This document shows positions 27,321-37,309 of a stretch of DNA of 64,000 bases, in pieces. Each line of letters opens with the position of its first letter. Position 1 is the first letter of the stretch. The translations under genes and the position numbers were made by a program. The stretch is from contig JAIEOU010000001.1 in the NCBI GenBank assembly GCA_019750255.1, positions 36,006 through 100,005 of the forward strand. The letters run 5' to 3'. This DNA comes from Patescibacteria group bacterium. GTDB lineage: Bacteria; Patescibacteriota; Minisyncoccia; Phycocordibacterales; UBA918. The notes below the pieces were generated by a model. It was not told the origin of the DNA. It saw only the letters and a program-made list of their open reading frames with translations, and did no database searches.

Positions 27321-29846
27321 CTAGCGGACCAGTGTCCACCCACCTCCACTAATGAGCGGTTCTGCCTTTTTATACTTCAGAGTCTGACTGGTAGTGCCAT
27401 CGGTAATAGTCACCAGATCATTTCGTTCCGGCTCGTTACTATCTGCCCGCACAGGCGCAGCGACACGCTTAGCCGCCGAGGCTGACTCACCAGCCGCTGC
27501 CTGGGCTGCTTCTGATTGCTTGCGCATTTCGTCCTCCTCAGCTATCACAACGCGCGGTACGAGGCGCGGCAGCATGTCTGCTACTCGCACCAGAACCACA
27601 TGTAGCATTTCTTTAAATAGACGCGTTCCTTCCTTGCGGTATTCGATAAGCGGGTCCCTCTGTCCATAGGCGCGAAGGTTTACACTCGAACGCGTGTAGC
27701 TCATGACCTCCAGATGCTCGACCCAGAGCGTATCAATCGTCTGCAGCGCCAGGCGACGGAAGAGATCAAGGAAATCATGTTCACCGAGTTCAGTCCGCTT
27801 AGCCTCAATCACGGCCTCAGCTTCGGGAATTGACCCCGTGAGCTCACCAAGCATCAACGACACCTCTTCTGCGTCACCGAGGAGTAGCTTACGACGCCGC
27901 TTGTAAATTACGGTCCGCTGCTGATTAAGGACATCGTCATAAGCCAAAATCTGCTTTCGCGCGTCGAAGTGAAAGCCTTCAATACGGGTCTGCGCACTTT
28001 CGAGCGTATTTGAAAGCATACGCATTTCGATTGGCTGGTCTTCTGGTATGCCAAAGGTACCCATGAGACTTTTTACCCGATCGCCACCAAACACGCGCAT
28101 CAGTGTGTCATCCATAGAGACAAAAAACTGAGTTGCTCCGAAGTCTCCCTGTCGACCAGAACGACCGCGTAACTGGTTATCGATGCGCCGCGCTTCGTGG
28201 CGTTCAGTACCGAGCACAAACAGCCCGCCAAGGGTGCGGATTTCTTCAGCCATTTCGGGAGTCGCTTCAGGCCCGCCGAGTTTAATGTCGACACCACGAC
28301 CAGCCATGTTAGTAGCGAGCGTTACTCCGCCCCTTTTTCCAGCCGCGGCGATAATTTCACCTTCACGCTCGTGATTCTTGGCGTTCAGCATCTCATGCGG
28401 CACCCGAGCGGCAGAGAGAGCGGCAGAGAGACGTTCATTCGCTTCAATCGAAGCGGTACCAATAAGTATTGGTTGACCGGTTTCGTGCACCGCTTTAACC
28501 TTGCTGATGATGGCTGCAAACTTACCTGCTTCGTTTTGGAAAATAAGGTCGTTGTGGTCAGTACGCCGCACCGGCTTATTAGTTGGAATGGGAACCACCT
28601 CGAGCTTGTACACGGTATAAAACTCTTCAAGGGATGTAAGGGCTGTACCGGTCATGCCAGCCAACTTATCGTACATGCGGAAATAGTTCTGGTAGGTGAT
28701 GGAAGCGTAGGTTTTGGACTCGCGCTGAATCGCCACCCCTTCTTTGGCCTCAACCGCTTGATGAAGTCCTTCTGACCAGCGTCGCCCAGGTTGTAGACGA
28801 CCGGTAAACTCATCGACAATCATAACCTCACCATCCCGCACCACATACTCCTTGTCACGCGTAAAAAGAGCCTCGGCGCGCACGGCGGTCTCGAGGTGGT
28901 GGACATACTTGATGCCTCGTTCGGTGTAAATATTCTCTACCCCAAGCAACCGCTCAGCCGCTTCTATTCCGGCATCATTAAGCGCAATCGATTTCTGCTT
29001 TTCATCCACCTCGTAGTGCGTATCCTTCTGTAGCTGCTTGGCAATATACGCGAACTGAACGTAGAAGTTTTCCGACTCATTAGCTGGTGCAGAAATAATG
29101 AGCGGGGTTCGTGCCTCATCGATAAGAATGGAGTCAATTTCGTCCACGATTGCAAAAGCATGTTCGCGCTGCCGGAGCTGCTCGGGATTAAATTCGATAT
29201 TATCGCGTAGGTAATCGAAACCAAATTCACTATTTGTACCGTAGGTGATATCAGCTTCGTATGCCTCCTTACGAGAACACGGGCGAAGAAACTCGTGGAG
29301 TACTTTATACGATCCCACCTCATCGCGCTCCTCATCGCTCTCTTGATGAGCCGGATCGTAAAGGTACGAAGCGTCATGATTAATTACACCCACCGACAAT
29401 CCAAGGGCAGTATAAATTTGACCCATCCAAACCGCATCACGACGCGACAGATAGTCATTGACCGTAATGACGTGTACTCCCTTTCCTGTAAGCGCATTTA
29501 AATATGCAGGCAGTGTTCCCACCAGCGTTTTTCCTTCACCCGTACGCATTTCAGTAATTTTGCCCCGATGCAAAATAATGCCACCGATCAACTGCACATC
29601 GAAGTGACGCATCGAAAGTGTGCGGTGGGCAGACTCACGAGTAAGGGCGTACGCCTCAGTGAGCGCATCATCCAATGACAGACCACCCTCTACACGGGCC
29701 TTTAGCGCTAAAGAACGTTCACGAAGCTCAGCATCGGATAAGGCTTGCAGTTCAGGCTCCAGCGCTCCAATGGCAGTAACTAAAGGCGCAAGTGACTTAA
29801 GCTCCTTATCGTAGCTGGGCCCAAAAAATCTATCTAAAAATGACAT
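27321..29846 (-). CDS. secA: preprotein translocase ATPase SecA
   Basis: MSFLDRFFGPSYDKELK...MRHFDVQLIGG...EMRTGEGKTLV places it in the SecA DEAD-motor family. The ORF track extends 13 codons upstream to 29885. Confidence 0.92.
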   Translation of the reverse strand: MSFLDRFFGPSYDKELKSLAPLVTAIGALEPELQALSDAELRERSLALKARVEGGLSLDDALTEAYALTRESAHRTLSMRHFDVQLIGGIILHRGKITEMRTGEGKTLVGTLPAYLNALTGKGVHVITVNDYLSRRDAVWMGQIYTALGLSVGVINHDASYLYDPAHQESDEERDEVGSYKVLHEFLRPCSRKEAYEADITYGTNSEFGFDYLRDNIEFNPEQLRQREHAFAIVDEIDSILIDEARTPLIISAPANESENFYVQFAYIAKQLQKDTHYEVDEKQKSIALNDAGIEAAERLLGVENIYTERGIKYVHHLETAVRAEALFTRDKEYVVRDGEVMIVDEFTGRLQPGRRWSEGLHQAVEAKEGVAIQRESKTYASITYQNYFRMYDKLAGMTGTALTSLEEFYTVYKLEVVPIPTNKPVRRTDHNDLIFQNEAGKFAAIISKVKAVHETGQPILIGTASIEANERLSAALSAARVPHEMLNAKNHEREGEIIAAAGKRGGVTLATNMAGRGVDIKLGGPEATPEMAEEIRTLGGLFVLGTERHEARRIDNQLRGRSGRQGDFGATQFFVSMDDTLMRVFGGDRVKSLMGTFGIPEDQPIEMRMLSNTLESAQTRIEGFHFDARKQILAYDDVLNQQRTVIYKRRRKLLLGDAEEVSLMLGELTGSIPEAEAVIEAKRTELGEHDFLDLFRRLALQTIDTLWVEHLEVMSYTRSSVNLRAYGQRDPLIEYRKEGTRLFKEMLHVVLVRVADMLPRLVPRVVIAEEDEMRKQSEAAQAAAGESASAAKRVAAPVRADSNEPERNDLVTITDGTTSQTLKYKKAEPLISGGGWTLVR

Positions 29847-29883
29847 AGTGGGGCTAAGTATATACGCACCTGTGTATAAATAC

Positions 29884-29914
29884 AAAAAAGCAAAATCGCC
29901 CGTGGAGGGGCGAT
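29884..29914 (-). terminator. intrinsic terminator after the H1-like gene
   Basis: aatcgccc-gtggag-gggcgatt hairpin; the minus strand then reads ttttgcttttttg. Confidence 0.55.
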
Positions 29915-29960
29915 TATGCTATTAGTCTGATGCGAAGGTGATAGACACCTTCGGCATCAA

Positions 29961-30102
29961 CTATCGCTTTTTTGCTACTTTCTTTGCTACCTTCTTTACC
30001 GTTTTTTTTGGAGCTACCTTTTTTGCTACAGTCTTCTTCACAACCTTCTTTGCTACTTTCTTTGCTACAGTCTTCTTTACTGCTTTCTTGGCTACTGCCA
30101 TA
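29961..30102 (-). CDS. lysine/alanine-rich histone H1-like (Hc1/AlgP-like) basic protein
   Basis: MAVAKKAVKKTVAKKVAKKVVKKTVAKKVA... forms (A/V)KK repeats. An alternative start at 30158 is possible. The assignment is compositional only. Confidence 0.45.
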
Positions 30103-30287
30103 GTGATGAGAGTTTTGTGGTTATAAATTCGACCGCAAGACCTTCTGTGATGAATCACCAGTGAGAAGATGTCTGCTTATATCTATTATCACGAGTAAAA
30201 AATATTTATACAATCGTTTTAAAAAAAATAGTGTGGATAATTTTAATTTTATTTTTTTAATTCTAAAAAATTATTTTATTTATTTAT

Positions 30288-31304
30288 TTACACGCTCGTT
30301 ACTTCTCTCTCAATTACAATTCCTGTCGCTGAAAAAACTTTCTTACTGATTGCATCGGCAAACATCGTAATGTCCTGTGCGCGCACGCCCGTTTCTGCCA
30401 CGAGTACAAGTGCCTGCTTTTCGTAGAGCCGAACAAACCCTTCCCTATATCCTTTCAGTCCACACACCTTATCGAGAATAAAACCGAGCGAACACTTTAC
30501 GTGTGTCTCACTGACACCGTAGAGCGGTAATTCAGGGTACATCGCTTTCAGTGACTCTGCATGACTTCGTACAATGATTGGGTTTTTAAAGAACGAGCCA
30601 GCCGTACCAACGGTCTGCCAATCAGGGAATTTTTGCGAGCGTACCGCAATTATATGAGCGCGGACACTCTGCGGATCAGTCGGCAAAGCGTGAGCAAACC
30701 GCATTGCCAGGTCTCCGTAATCGATTCGTGGTTGCGGACTGCTCGACAAAATAAACGTTACACTCGTAATGACGTACTCACTACCTTCGGTAGTTTTAAA
30801 AAATGAAGAGCGGTAATCAAAGTCACACTCGGCTTGGGAAAAAGTGCGTTCAGTAGCCGTTTTTAAATGAAGTGTTTGCACCTCGAAAATACAGTCTCCC
30901 ACCTCGACACCGTACGCTCCCACATTTTGAATTGGTGTCGCTCCAACGGTACCGGGAATATGCGAAAGATTTTCTAATCCCCAATAACCCCTCTCTACAC
31001 AGTGGGCAACGAACTCATCAAATACCACACCAGCACCGACCGTCACTCGTACCTCCTCACCTGTGTGAGCAAACATTATCCCTTGGATTCCCATCTGTAT
31101 CACTACGCCAGCAAACCCATCATCAGACACAAGTACGTTTGACCCACCACCGAGTACAAAAATCGGCAATGAGTGTTGCTCTGCAAAACTCATTGCCGAT
31201 CTAAGCTCCTCTTCACTCTGTACTCGTGTGAAGTACTTCGCCTCACCACCAACCTTGAGGGTTGTATGACGAGCCAATGACACCCCAACAGCGAGTCGTG
31301 GCAT
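30288..31304 (-). CDS. murB: UDP-N-acetylenolpyruvoylglucosamine reductase
   Basis: 338 aa with a FAD-binding N-terminus (TTLKVGGEAKYF...FVLGGGSNVLV) and a MurB C-terminal domain. Confidence 0.85.
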   Translation of the reverse strand: MPRLAVGVSLARHTTLKVGGEAKYFTRVQSEEELRSAMSFAEQHSLPIFVLGGGSNVLVSDDGFAGVVIQMGIQGIMFAHTGEEVRVTVGAGVVFDEFVAHCVERGYWGLENLSHIPGTVGATPIQNVGAYGVEVGDCIFEVQTLHLKTATERTFSQAECDFDYRSSFFKTTEGSEYVITSVTFILSSSPQPRIDYGDLAMRFAHALPTDPQSVRAHIIAVRSQKFPDWQTVGTAGSFFKNPIIVRSHAESLKAMYPELPLYGVSETHVKCSLGFILDKVCGLKGYREGFVRLYEKQALVLVAETGVRAQDITMFADAISKKVFSATGIVIEREVTSV

Positions 31305-31306
31305 GC

Positions 31307-33517
31307 TTAGCTTGGTGCACAGGCCGTATCAGGCGCGCGACCGTTCTTGATGTTATCGGCAATACATTCTGCTGGTTTCTTAAATGAGGGCACCACTTCC
31401 CCACCCTCGGTGAGAATTTGAAGTGCACGATCGATATCGTTCATCTGGTAGTAGACAAACGCTAAGCTTGCCCAATTTTGCGCGTTCTCTGGATTCTTAT
31501 CTCGACGAATGGTAAACAACTCAGCCAAGAATGGCAGGTCGCCAGCTGCGTTTACTCCGTTAATAAGAAAGTCACTGGCCGCAAACCGCTCTTTGGTAGC
31601 CTCATTATCCACGAGTGCCTTAGCGCCTTCGGCGTCGCCCGTGAAGAAAAGTGCTGCGGCGTAATATTCACGCGCTTCGGCATTGTCTTGTGCCAGGTCA
31701 AACGCTTCCTTAAAGAAATCCCGGGCGGCCTCATTATTATTGCGTGTGAACTCAACAATTCCTTGCTGGGCAATAATGGCTTGTTTACGCGGTGAGAGGC
31801 TGCGTGCAATCGCCATTTGTTCAGCTGCCTTTTCTACTTCATTAAAGGACCGGTAGAAAGTTCCAAGAAACACGTGCACACGGGCGTCACCTGGCTTCTC
31901 CTTCACAAAGGCGAGGAGTTCGGCTTCAGCGCGCGTTACAAACTTGCCCCGCGTCTCTTCTGACACCGCCTGATTACGTGCGATGTTCATCGCTTGCTGG
32001 GCAAACTGCTCAACAATTTCTTGTCGGGCAAATGAATCACGCGACAGCGCTCGCTCAAAGGCCGCAAGCTGGTCTTCCGGTGAGGCTGATCGATAACTAT
32101 CAATGATATCCCCTGCAGCTTGCATGTTGGGCACGTGGAGGGTGTAAATGACTGCCACAAGGAGCACGAGCGCTACCGGCGCCGCAAACTGTGCTACCAC
32201 CTTCTCATCAATTCGTACGGCGTCTACACGAGGGAACACTACCGACACTCGCTGGTGAATGAGGCCAAGAATGACCGCAAAGAATATATAACTAATGATG
32301 TTATCAAACACCACGAGATTGTGCGTCACATAGCCAGCAAGAATACCGAGGAGGACAGCGCGCTCGAGTACAGTAAATGTTTCATCGTTATGTTTAAACG
32401 GTCTCCACAGAAGGTAGTAGAGACATGCCAAAAATAGACTGACGTACGCCAAGAAACCCAGGACACCACCAGCAATCAGCCAGTCAAGAACAATATTGTG
32501 CGTTCGATCAAACCATTGCTCCTGACTATACAGACGCGGCTCGTACTGCGCATTAAAGACGTAGTTAAAGTTGCCTTGACCCCAGCCTAGAAGCGGTCGC
32601 TCTTTCACTCCTTCAAAGGCCATCTGCCAAATGGTCCCACGAGTTGAAAGCTCGCTCAGTGAAATATTCGCAATACGGGCGAGATTTCCGTTACTCTGAA
32701 CAAATTCAGTATCTCGAGCAGCTACGAATATTCCCGTTGCCACCACAATGAAAACAAAGGCTGCAATGGCATATTTACGGAACTCTCTGAACTGCGTAGC
32801 AAAGAGTGCTATGTATGCCACCATAACGGTACTGCCGGCAAGAAAGCCGAGCGCTGTACCACGAGTACCGGTGTTGATGAGCGTAAAAATGAACATTCCT
32901 GCCAGCAGAGCAAACAGCACACGCGACAAGGTGGTCTTACTCTCCACAAACATCCAGAAGGCGAAGAAGATATGGAAGAGCATATAAATCGCCATATACG
33001 CGGCATTACCAAGCTGTCCATCAATACGACCACGGTTCCCTTCTATCAGACCGCCGAACTGCGCCAGACCATGGAACGAAACAAAGAATGCCACGGCGAG
33101 CGTTGTATACATGAAGTAGAGCCAGTAGCGTTTTTCGGTAAACATACTACCGAGCACAAGTACGAGGAGATACACATGTATGAGGGTGATGTACCCGTCC
33201 ATACGCTCAAAATTACTAAAGAAACCAGTCGAAACATGCTCACCAAAGAGGTTGGCGAAGAACATCACAATCATGAGCGCACTCATACTGACGAGTACCC
33301 AGGAAAACTTTGGCCGATACCGGCGATCAAGAAGTGCGAGCAGCGCCCACAACACAAACACAATCTCTACAATTATACGAAAGGCGAAGTTTTTACCGGT
33401 AATGAAGGGAAAGAAATAATCGTTTTCAACGTACAGAGTAAGAAACGGAATCAAAAACAACCCTCCAAAGACAAGTGTCTTAAGTATATCTTTCATATGG
33501 GCACCACTATACCACAA
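31307..33517 (-). CDS. Wzy_C-domain (O-antigen ligase/polymerase/O-oligosaccharyltransferase superfamily) polytopic membrane protein with C-terminal TPR repeats
   Basis: 736 aa with about 12 TM helices and a large loop characteristic of Wzy_C. The roughly 280-aa soluble C-terminus has TPR-like repeats. Confidence 0.65.
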   Translation of the reverse strand: MWYSGAHMKDILKTLVFGGLFLIPFLTLYVENDYFFPFITGKNFAFRIIVEIVFVLWALLALLDRRYRPKFSWVLVSMSALMIVMFFANLFGEHVSTGFFSNFERMDGYITLIHVYLLVLVLGSMFTEKRYWLYFMYTTLAVAFFVSFHGLAQFGGLIEGNRGRIDGQLGNAAYMAIYMLFHIFFAFWMFVESKTTLSRVLFALLAGMFIFTLINTGTRGTALGFLAGSTVMVAYIALFATQFREFRKYAIAAFVFIVVATGIFVAARDTEFVQSNGNLARIANISLSELSTRGTIWQMAFEGVKERPLLGWGQGNFNYVFNAQYEPRLYSQEQWFDRTHNIVLDWLIAGGVLGFLAYVSLFLACLYYLLWRPFKHNDETFTVLERAVLLGILAGYVTHNLVVFDNIISYIFFAVILGLIHQRVSVVFPRVDAVRIDEKVVAQFAAPVALVLLVAVIYTLHVPNMQAAGDIIDSYRSASPEDQLAAFERALSRDSFARQEIVEQFAQQAMNIARNQAVSEETRGKFVTRAEAELLAFVKEKPGDARVHVFLGTFYRSFNEVEKAAEQMAIARSLSPRKQAIIAQQGIVEFTRNNNEAARDFFKEAFDLAQDNAEAREYYAAALFFTGDAEGAKALVDNEATKERFAASDFLINGVNAAGDLPFLAELFTIRRDKNPENAQNWASLAFVYYQMNDIDRALQILTEGGEVVPSFKKPAECIADNIKNGRAPDTACAPS

Positions 33518-33625
33518 GCTTTTCCGGCCTTCTGGCTAGACGACTCGGGACAAAGCCGGTCTAACACACGATCACAGTACCTACTACGCTCGCGCCGGTG
33601 CGGTGCACTGACCAGACTTCCGGCT

Positions 33626-34489
33626 TTATCCATAAATTGCCTTCAGCAAATCCAGGTCCTTACTTGTACTGCGTAATAATTGATTATTTTTATCTTCGAG
33701 GGCACGTAAAACCGCGACACCTTCCTCGTCGCCTGGGCGCACATCGGCATAATGCTGCCGTAGTGCTGCCAAATCTTTTGGGAAGCAATGTCCTCCCGCC
33801 CCTCGACCAACGACCGCTCCAGGATGACCGCTACTGTCGCGTACATTCATGTGGCTGGTACCAATGCGCGGATCAGCCGCAAGCGCGTCCGCAACGAGCT
33901 CGTGCGAAGCACCGAGTGTTCCGGCCAAATCACACAGAAGATTCATATAAATTACTTTCATTGCCAAAAAACAGTTGCCACCGTACTTTATCAACTCAGC
34001 TTCGTGAGAAAGGCAAACTTTTTCATACGCTGCTTTTGGCAGCACTTCGAGCAACCGTTGGGCGGCACTTTGGTAGAGCGGGGTATCCTGCGCCATACCT
34101 ATAATGGTTCGCTCTGGGTGGCGAGTATCATGCGCAGCCGACTTCTCTCGCAAAAACTCAGGGGCATGGACTATCAAACGGTCCGGAAAAAGGTGCGCGA
34201 GGCGGGCTGTGGTTCCCGGTAGAATAGTTGATTTAATTACCGCCAACTTCCCTACCCCCACAAGTGGCAACACCTTTTCTACACTACTGGCATCAAAACC
34301 CTCGGGGGTTGTAGGCGTCGGTACAGCAATAAAAACAATTTCACACTCCGCAATAGCAGCCCTGTTGTGGACATACGGTTCTTCAAGTGCGTAGCGAACA
34401 ACCCTATAGCCGCGCTCTTCAAAGTCGTCTGCCAGATGGCGACCAATAAATCCTTGCCCGATAAATCCAATAGTCATAGTGGGATACAT
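33626..34489 (-). CDS. short UDP-glucose/GDP-mannose dehydrogenase-family protein
   Basis: 287 aa with the Rossmann start IGFIGQGFIG and a catalytic GGHCFPKD motif. The usual C-terminal UDP-binding domain appears to be missing. Confidence 0.6.
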   Translation of the reverse strand: MYPTMTIGFIGQGFIGRHLADDFEERGYRVVRYALEEPYVHNRAAIAECEIVFIAVPTPTTPEGFDASSVEKVLPLVGVGKLAVIKSTILPGTTARLAHLFPDRLIVHAPEFLREKSAAHDTRHPERTIIGMAQDTPLYQSAAQRLLEVLPKAAYEKVCLSHEAELIKYGGNCFLAMKVIYMNLLCDLAGTLGASHELVADALAADPRIGTSHMNVRDSSGHPGAVVGRGAGGHCFPKDLAALRQHYADVRPGDEEGVAVLRALEDKNNQLLRSTSKDLDLLKAIYG

Positions 34490-34590
34490 TGATGTGATGC
34501 TAGTACTGTGTATGCAACGATTGGTCTAGTAATTTTGTTACAAAAAGACCAGCTTACGCTGCACCGTTACTATGCTAGTATAGCCACATT

Positions 34591-35646
34591 ATGAAAAAAG
34601 CCCTTATCACCGGTATTACTGGACAGGACGGATCATATCTTGCCGAGCTTTTGCTTCAGAAAGGTTACGAGGTGCACGGAATCATTCGCCCATCCAGCTC
34701 CATCCGTACCTGGCGAATTGACCACCTCTACAATGATCCCGCTGTGCTGGATAAAAAACTTTTTCTTCACTATGGTGATATGACTGATTCAGTCAACTTG
34801 ACCACTCTTATGGCCACCATCCGCCCGGACGAAGTCTACAATTTAGCTGCGCAAAGCCATGTCAAGATTTCTTTTGAGGTACCCGAGACTACGGCACAGA
34901 CTGACGGTATCGGTACACTTAAGCTACTTGAAGCTATCCGTTCGGTCGGCCTCGCAAGCACCACGCGCACCTATCAAGCCTCAACTTCTGAACTCTACGG
35001 GCTCGTGCAAGAGACACCACAAAACGAAACTACCCCGTTCTACCCACGCAGCCCTTATGGCGTAGCAAAACTCTATAGTTTTTGGATTATTAAAAACTAC
35101 CGCGAGGCCTATAACATGTTTGCGTGTAACGGAATCCTTTTTAATCACGAAAGTGAACGCCGCGGCTACAACTTTGTGACGCGAAAAATAACAATTGCTC
35201 TCGCTAAAATAAAATTAGGCCAGCAAGATGTTCTTGAGCTTGGCAATCTCGATGCTAAGCGCGACTGGGGTCATGCCCGAGAATACGTCGAGGCGATGTG
35301 GCGAATGCTCCAGCAAGAGACTCCTGACGACTTTGTTATCGCCACAGGCGAAACGCATTCTGTTCGTGAATTCATTGAGGCATGTTGCGTCGAGCTAGGC
35401 ATAACCCTGACTTGGGAAGGTACTGGAGTAGAAGAGGTGGGTATCGATACCGCAACTGGTAAAACAATTATTGCGGTAAGTCCACGGTACTTCCGCCCAG
35501 CTGAGGTCGACCTCCTCCTTGGAGACCCTACAAAAGCCAAGGAAAAACTTGGCTGGACACCAGAAATTACTTTTAAAAAACTTGCTGCGCTCATGATGCA
35601 GCACGACTACGCACTTGTTGCTGCAGGTAAACCCATTCTCTACTAA
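34591..35646 (+). CDS. gmd: GDP-mannose 4,6-dehydratase
   Basis: 351 aa with [37 protein letters not shown], a textbook Gmd N-terminus. Confidence 0.92.
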   Translation: MKKALITGITGQDGSYLAELLLQKGYEVHGIIRPSSSIRTWRIDHLYNDPAVLDKKLFLHYGDMTDSVNLTTLMATIRPDEVYNLAAQSHVKISFEVPETTAQTDGIGTLKLLEAIRSVGLASTTRTYQASTSELYGLVQETPQNETTPFYPRSPYGVAKLYSFWIIKNYREAYNMFACNGILFNHESERRGYNFVTRKITIALAKIKLGQQDVLELGNLDAKRDWGHAREYVEAMWRMLQQETPDDFVIATGETHSVREFIEACCVELGITLTWEGTGVEEVGIDTATGKTIIAVSPRYFRPAEVDLLLGDPTKAKEKLGWTPEITFKKLAALMMQHDYALVAAGKPILY

Positions 35647-35658
35647 TCTAAACAGTCT

Positions 35659-36594
35659 ATGGATAAAACCGCCAAGATATTTATCGCCGGCCACCGCGGA
35701 CTCGTTGGTTCAGCCCTCGTACGCACCCTGACGGCTGCCGACTTCACCAATCTCATCACTCGCACACGGAGCGAGCTCGACCTCCTCGACTCAAAAGCCG
35801 TCGATACGTTTTTTTCGATAGAACGTCCCGATTATGTATTTTTCGCTGCCGCCAAGGTTGGAGGCATTATGTCCAACAAGACCTACCCAGCACATTTCAT
35901 CTACGAAAATCTTCAGATGCAAAATAACGTCATCCACGCCTCCCATACGCACGGGGTAAAAAAACTCTTATTTCTTGGCAGCTCGTGCATCTATCCAAAG
36001 CTCGCTCCGCAACCAATCAAGGAAGACTACCTACTTACCGGGCCACTAGAACCAACCAATCAAGCTTACGCTGTGGCAAAAATCGCTGGCATAACCATGT
36101 GTCAAAGTTATGCGAAGCAATACGGGAGTAATTTTATCAGTGTGATGCCAACCAATCTCTACGGCGAAAACGACAGTTTTGACTTAGCTAACTCACACGT
36201 CTTGCCGGCACTCATTCGCCGCTTTCATGAAGCTAAGGAGACAGGCTCACCCACTATCACTCTGTGGGGCACCGGCACTCCCATGCGGGAATTTATCCAC
36301 GTCGATGACATGGCGGCCGCGTGCCTCCACCTCATGCTGACGTACGATAACCCGGAGATTGTAAATATTGGTACGGGAGAAGACGTTACCATCAAGGGAT
36401 TAGCCGAAACCGTAGCGCGGGTCGTTGGCTATTCCGGAGCTATTGAATGGGACGCTTCTAAACCTGACGGCACTCCCCGAAAACTGCTTGACGTTACACG
36501 CCTCCATAGCCTTGGCTTTAAACACACTATTGCGCTGGAAGACGGTATCACGCGCACCTACGAGTGGTACAAAAAGCAACCTCTACTACCATAA
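35659..36594 (+). CDS. fcl: GDP-L-fucose synthase (GDP-4-keto-6-deoxymannose 3,5-epimerase/4-reductase)
   Basis: 311 aa SDR protein with IFIAGHRGLVGSA...YPAHFIYENLQMQ. It lies immediately after gmd. Confidence 0.88.
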   Translation: MDKTAKIFIAGHRGLVGSALVRTLTAADFTNLITRTRSELDLLDSKAVDTFFSIERPDYVFFAAAKVGGIMSNKTYPAHFIYENLQMQNNVIHASHTHGVKKLLFLGSSCIYPKLAPQPIKEDYLLTGPLEPTNQAYAVAKIAGITMCQSYAKQYGSNFISVMPTNLYGENDSFDLANSHVLPALIRRFHEAKETGSPTITLWGTGTPMREFIHVDDMAAACLHLMLTYDNPEIVNIGTGEDVTIKGLAETVARVVGYSGAIEWDASKPDGTPRKLLDVTRLHSLGFKHTIALEDGITRTYEWYKKQPLLP

Positions 36595-36598
36595 CGCC

Positions 36599-37309
36599 AT
36601 GCCGGACACCATCACCACTTTTGCCGGCCTTACGTTGACACCAGAGATTAAGACGGTCATGCTCGATCTCGACAATACATGTTACGAGTACGACCCCTGC
36701 CACCACGCCGCTCTGACTGCCGTCGAAGAGCTACTCACCTCATTTAAACAGTACCCCGAGGGGGTTGTAGATTTTCATGTCCAGTATACAAAAGCTCAAA
36801 TGCGCGTGAAGTCCCGCATCCCGAATCATGCCTCCAGCCACTCACGAGTTCTTTATTTTCAGGCGCTTTTAGAAAATTTAGATGACCCTTATATATATGA
36901 GCGCTGTATTGCGCTCGAGCAAAAATACTGGTCTGTTTTTATAGACACTATGGTGGTTACTGATGGATTACTCGATTTTCTTGCGCACTGCCACACGCGT
37001 GATACAAAAGTAGTAGTTGTTTCTGATCTTACTACGTCGCTCCAATGCCAAAAACTGCTTTCGCTCGGCATGTCATCCTATGTGCACGCGCTCGTTACCT
37101 CTGAAGAGGCGGGGGCAGAAAAACCCGATCCAAGACCATTCCTCTATGGACTAGAAAAAGTTGGTGGCGAGTCGGCAACGGCCGTAATGATTGGAGACAA
37201 CAGCGAGCGCGATATCACCGGTGCCAAAGCCCTTGGTATCGCCACCATACTTTTTAGACATGCCGCACCTTCAAAAGACACTTCTGTACGACAAGACCGG
37301 CACGTTTAA
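36599..37309 (+). CDS. HAD-superfamily hydrolase (phosphatase-like)
   Basis: Motif I is VMLDLDNT, and the motif III/IV region is MIGDNSERDITGAKALG. The start was taken at MPDTITTF; the ORF track extends to 36425 and overlaps fcl. Confidence 0.7.
   Translation: MPDTITTFAGLTLTPEIKTVMLDLDNTCYEYDPCHHAALTAVEELLTSFKQYPEGVVDFHVQYTKAQMRVKSRIPNHASSHSRVLYFQALLENLDDPYIYERCIALEQKYWSVFIDTMVVTDGLLDFLAHCHTRDTKVVVVSDLTTSLQCQKLLSLGMSSYVHALVTSEEAGAEKPDPRPFLYGLEKVGGESATAVMIGDNSERDITGAKALGIATILFRHAAPSKDTSVRQDRHV

Noticed and set aside
29940-30125. Tandem DNA repeats (ctttctttgctac...) as a non-coding satellite or CRISPR-like array
   Set aside because: They are the coding strand complement of the (A/V)KK repeats of the small H1-like ORF. 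The periodicity is in-frame and is explained by a low-complexity protein.
30160-30290. Replication origin (oriC)
   Set aside because: Only one perfect DnaA box was found, no dnaA or dnaN lies nearby, and there is no cluster of boxes. It is kept as a low-interest finding but not called as oriC.
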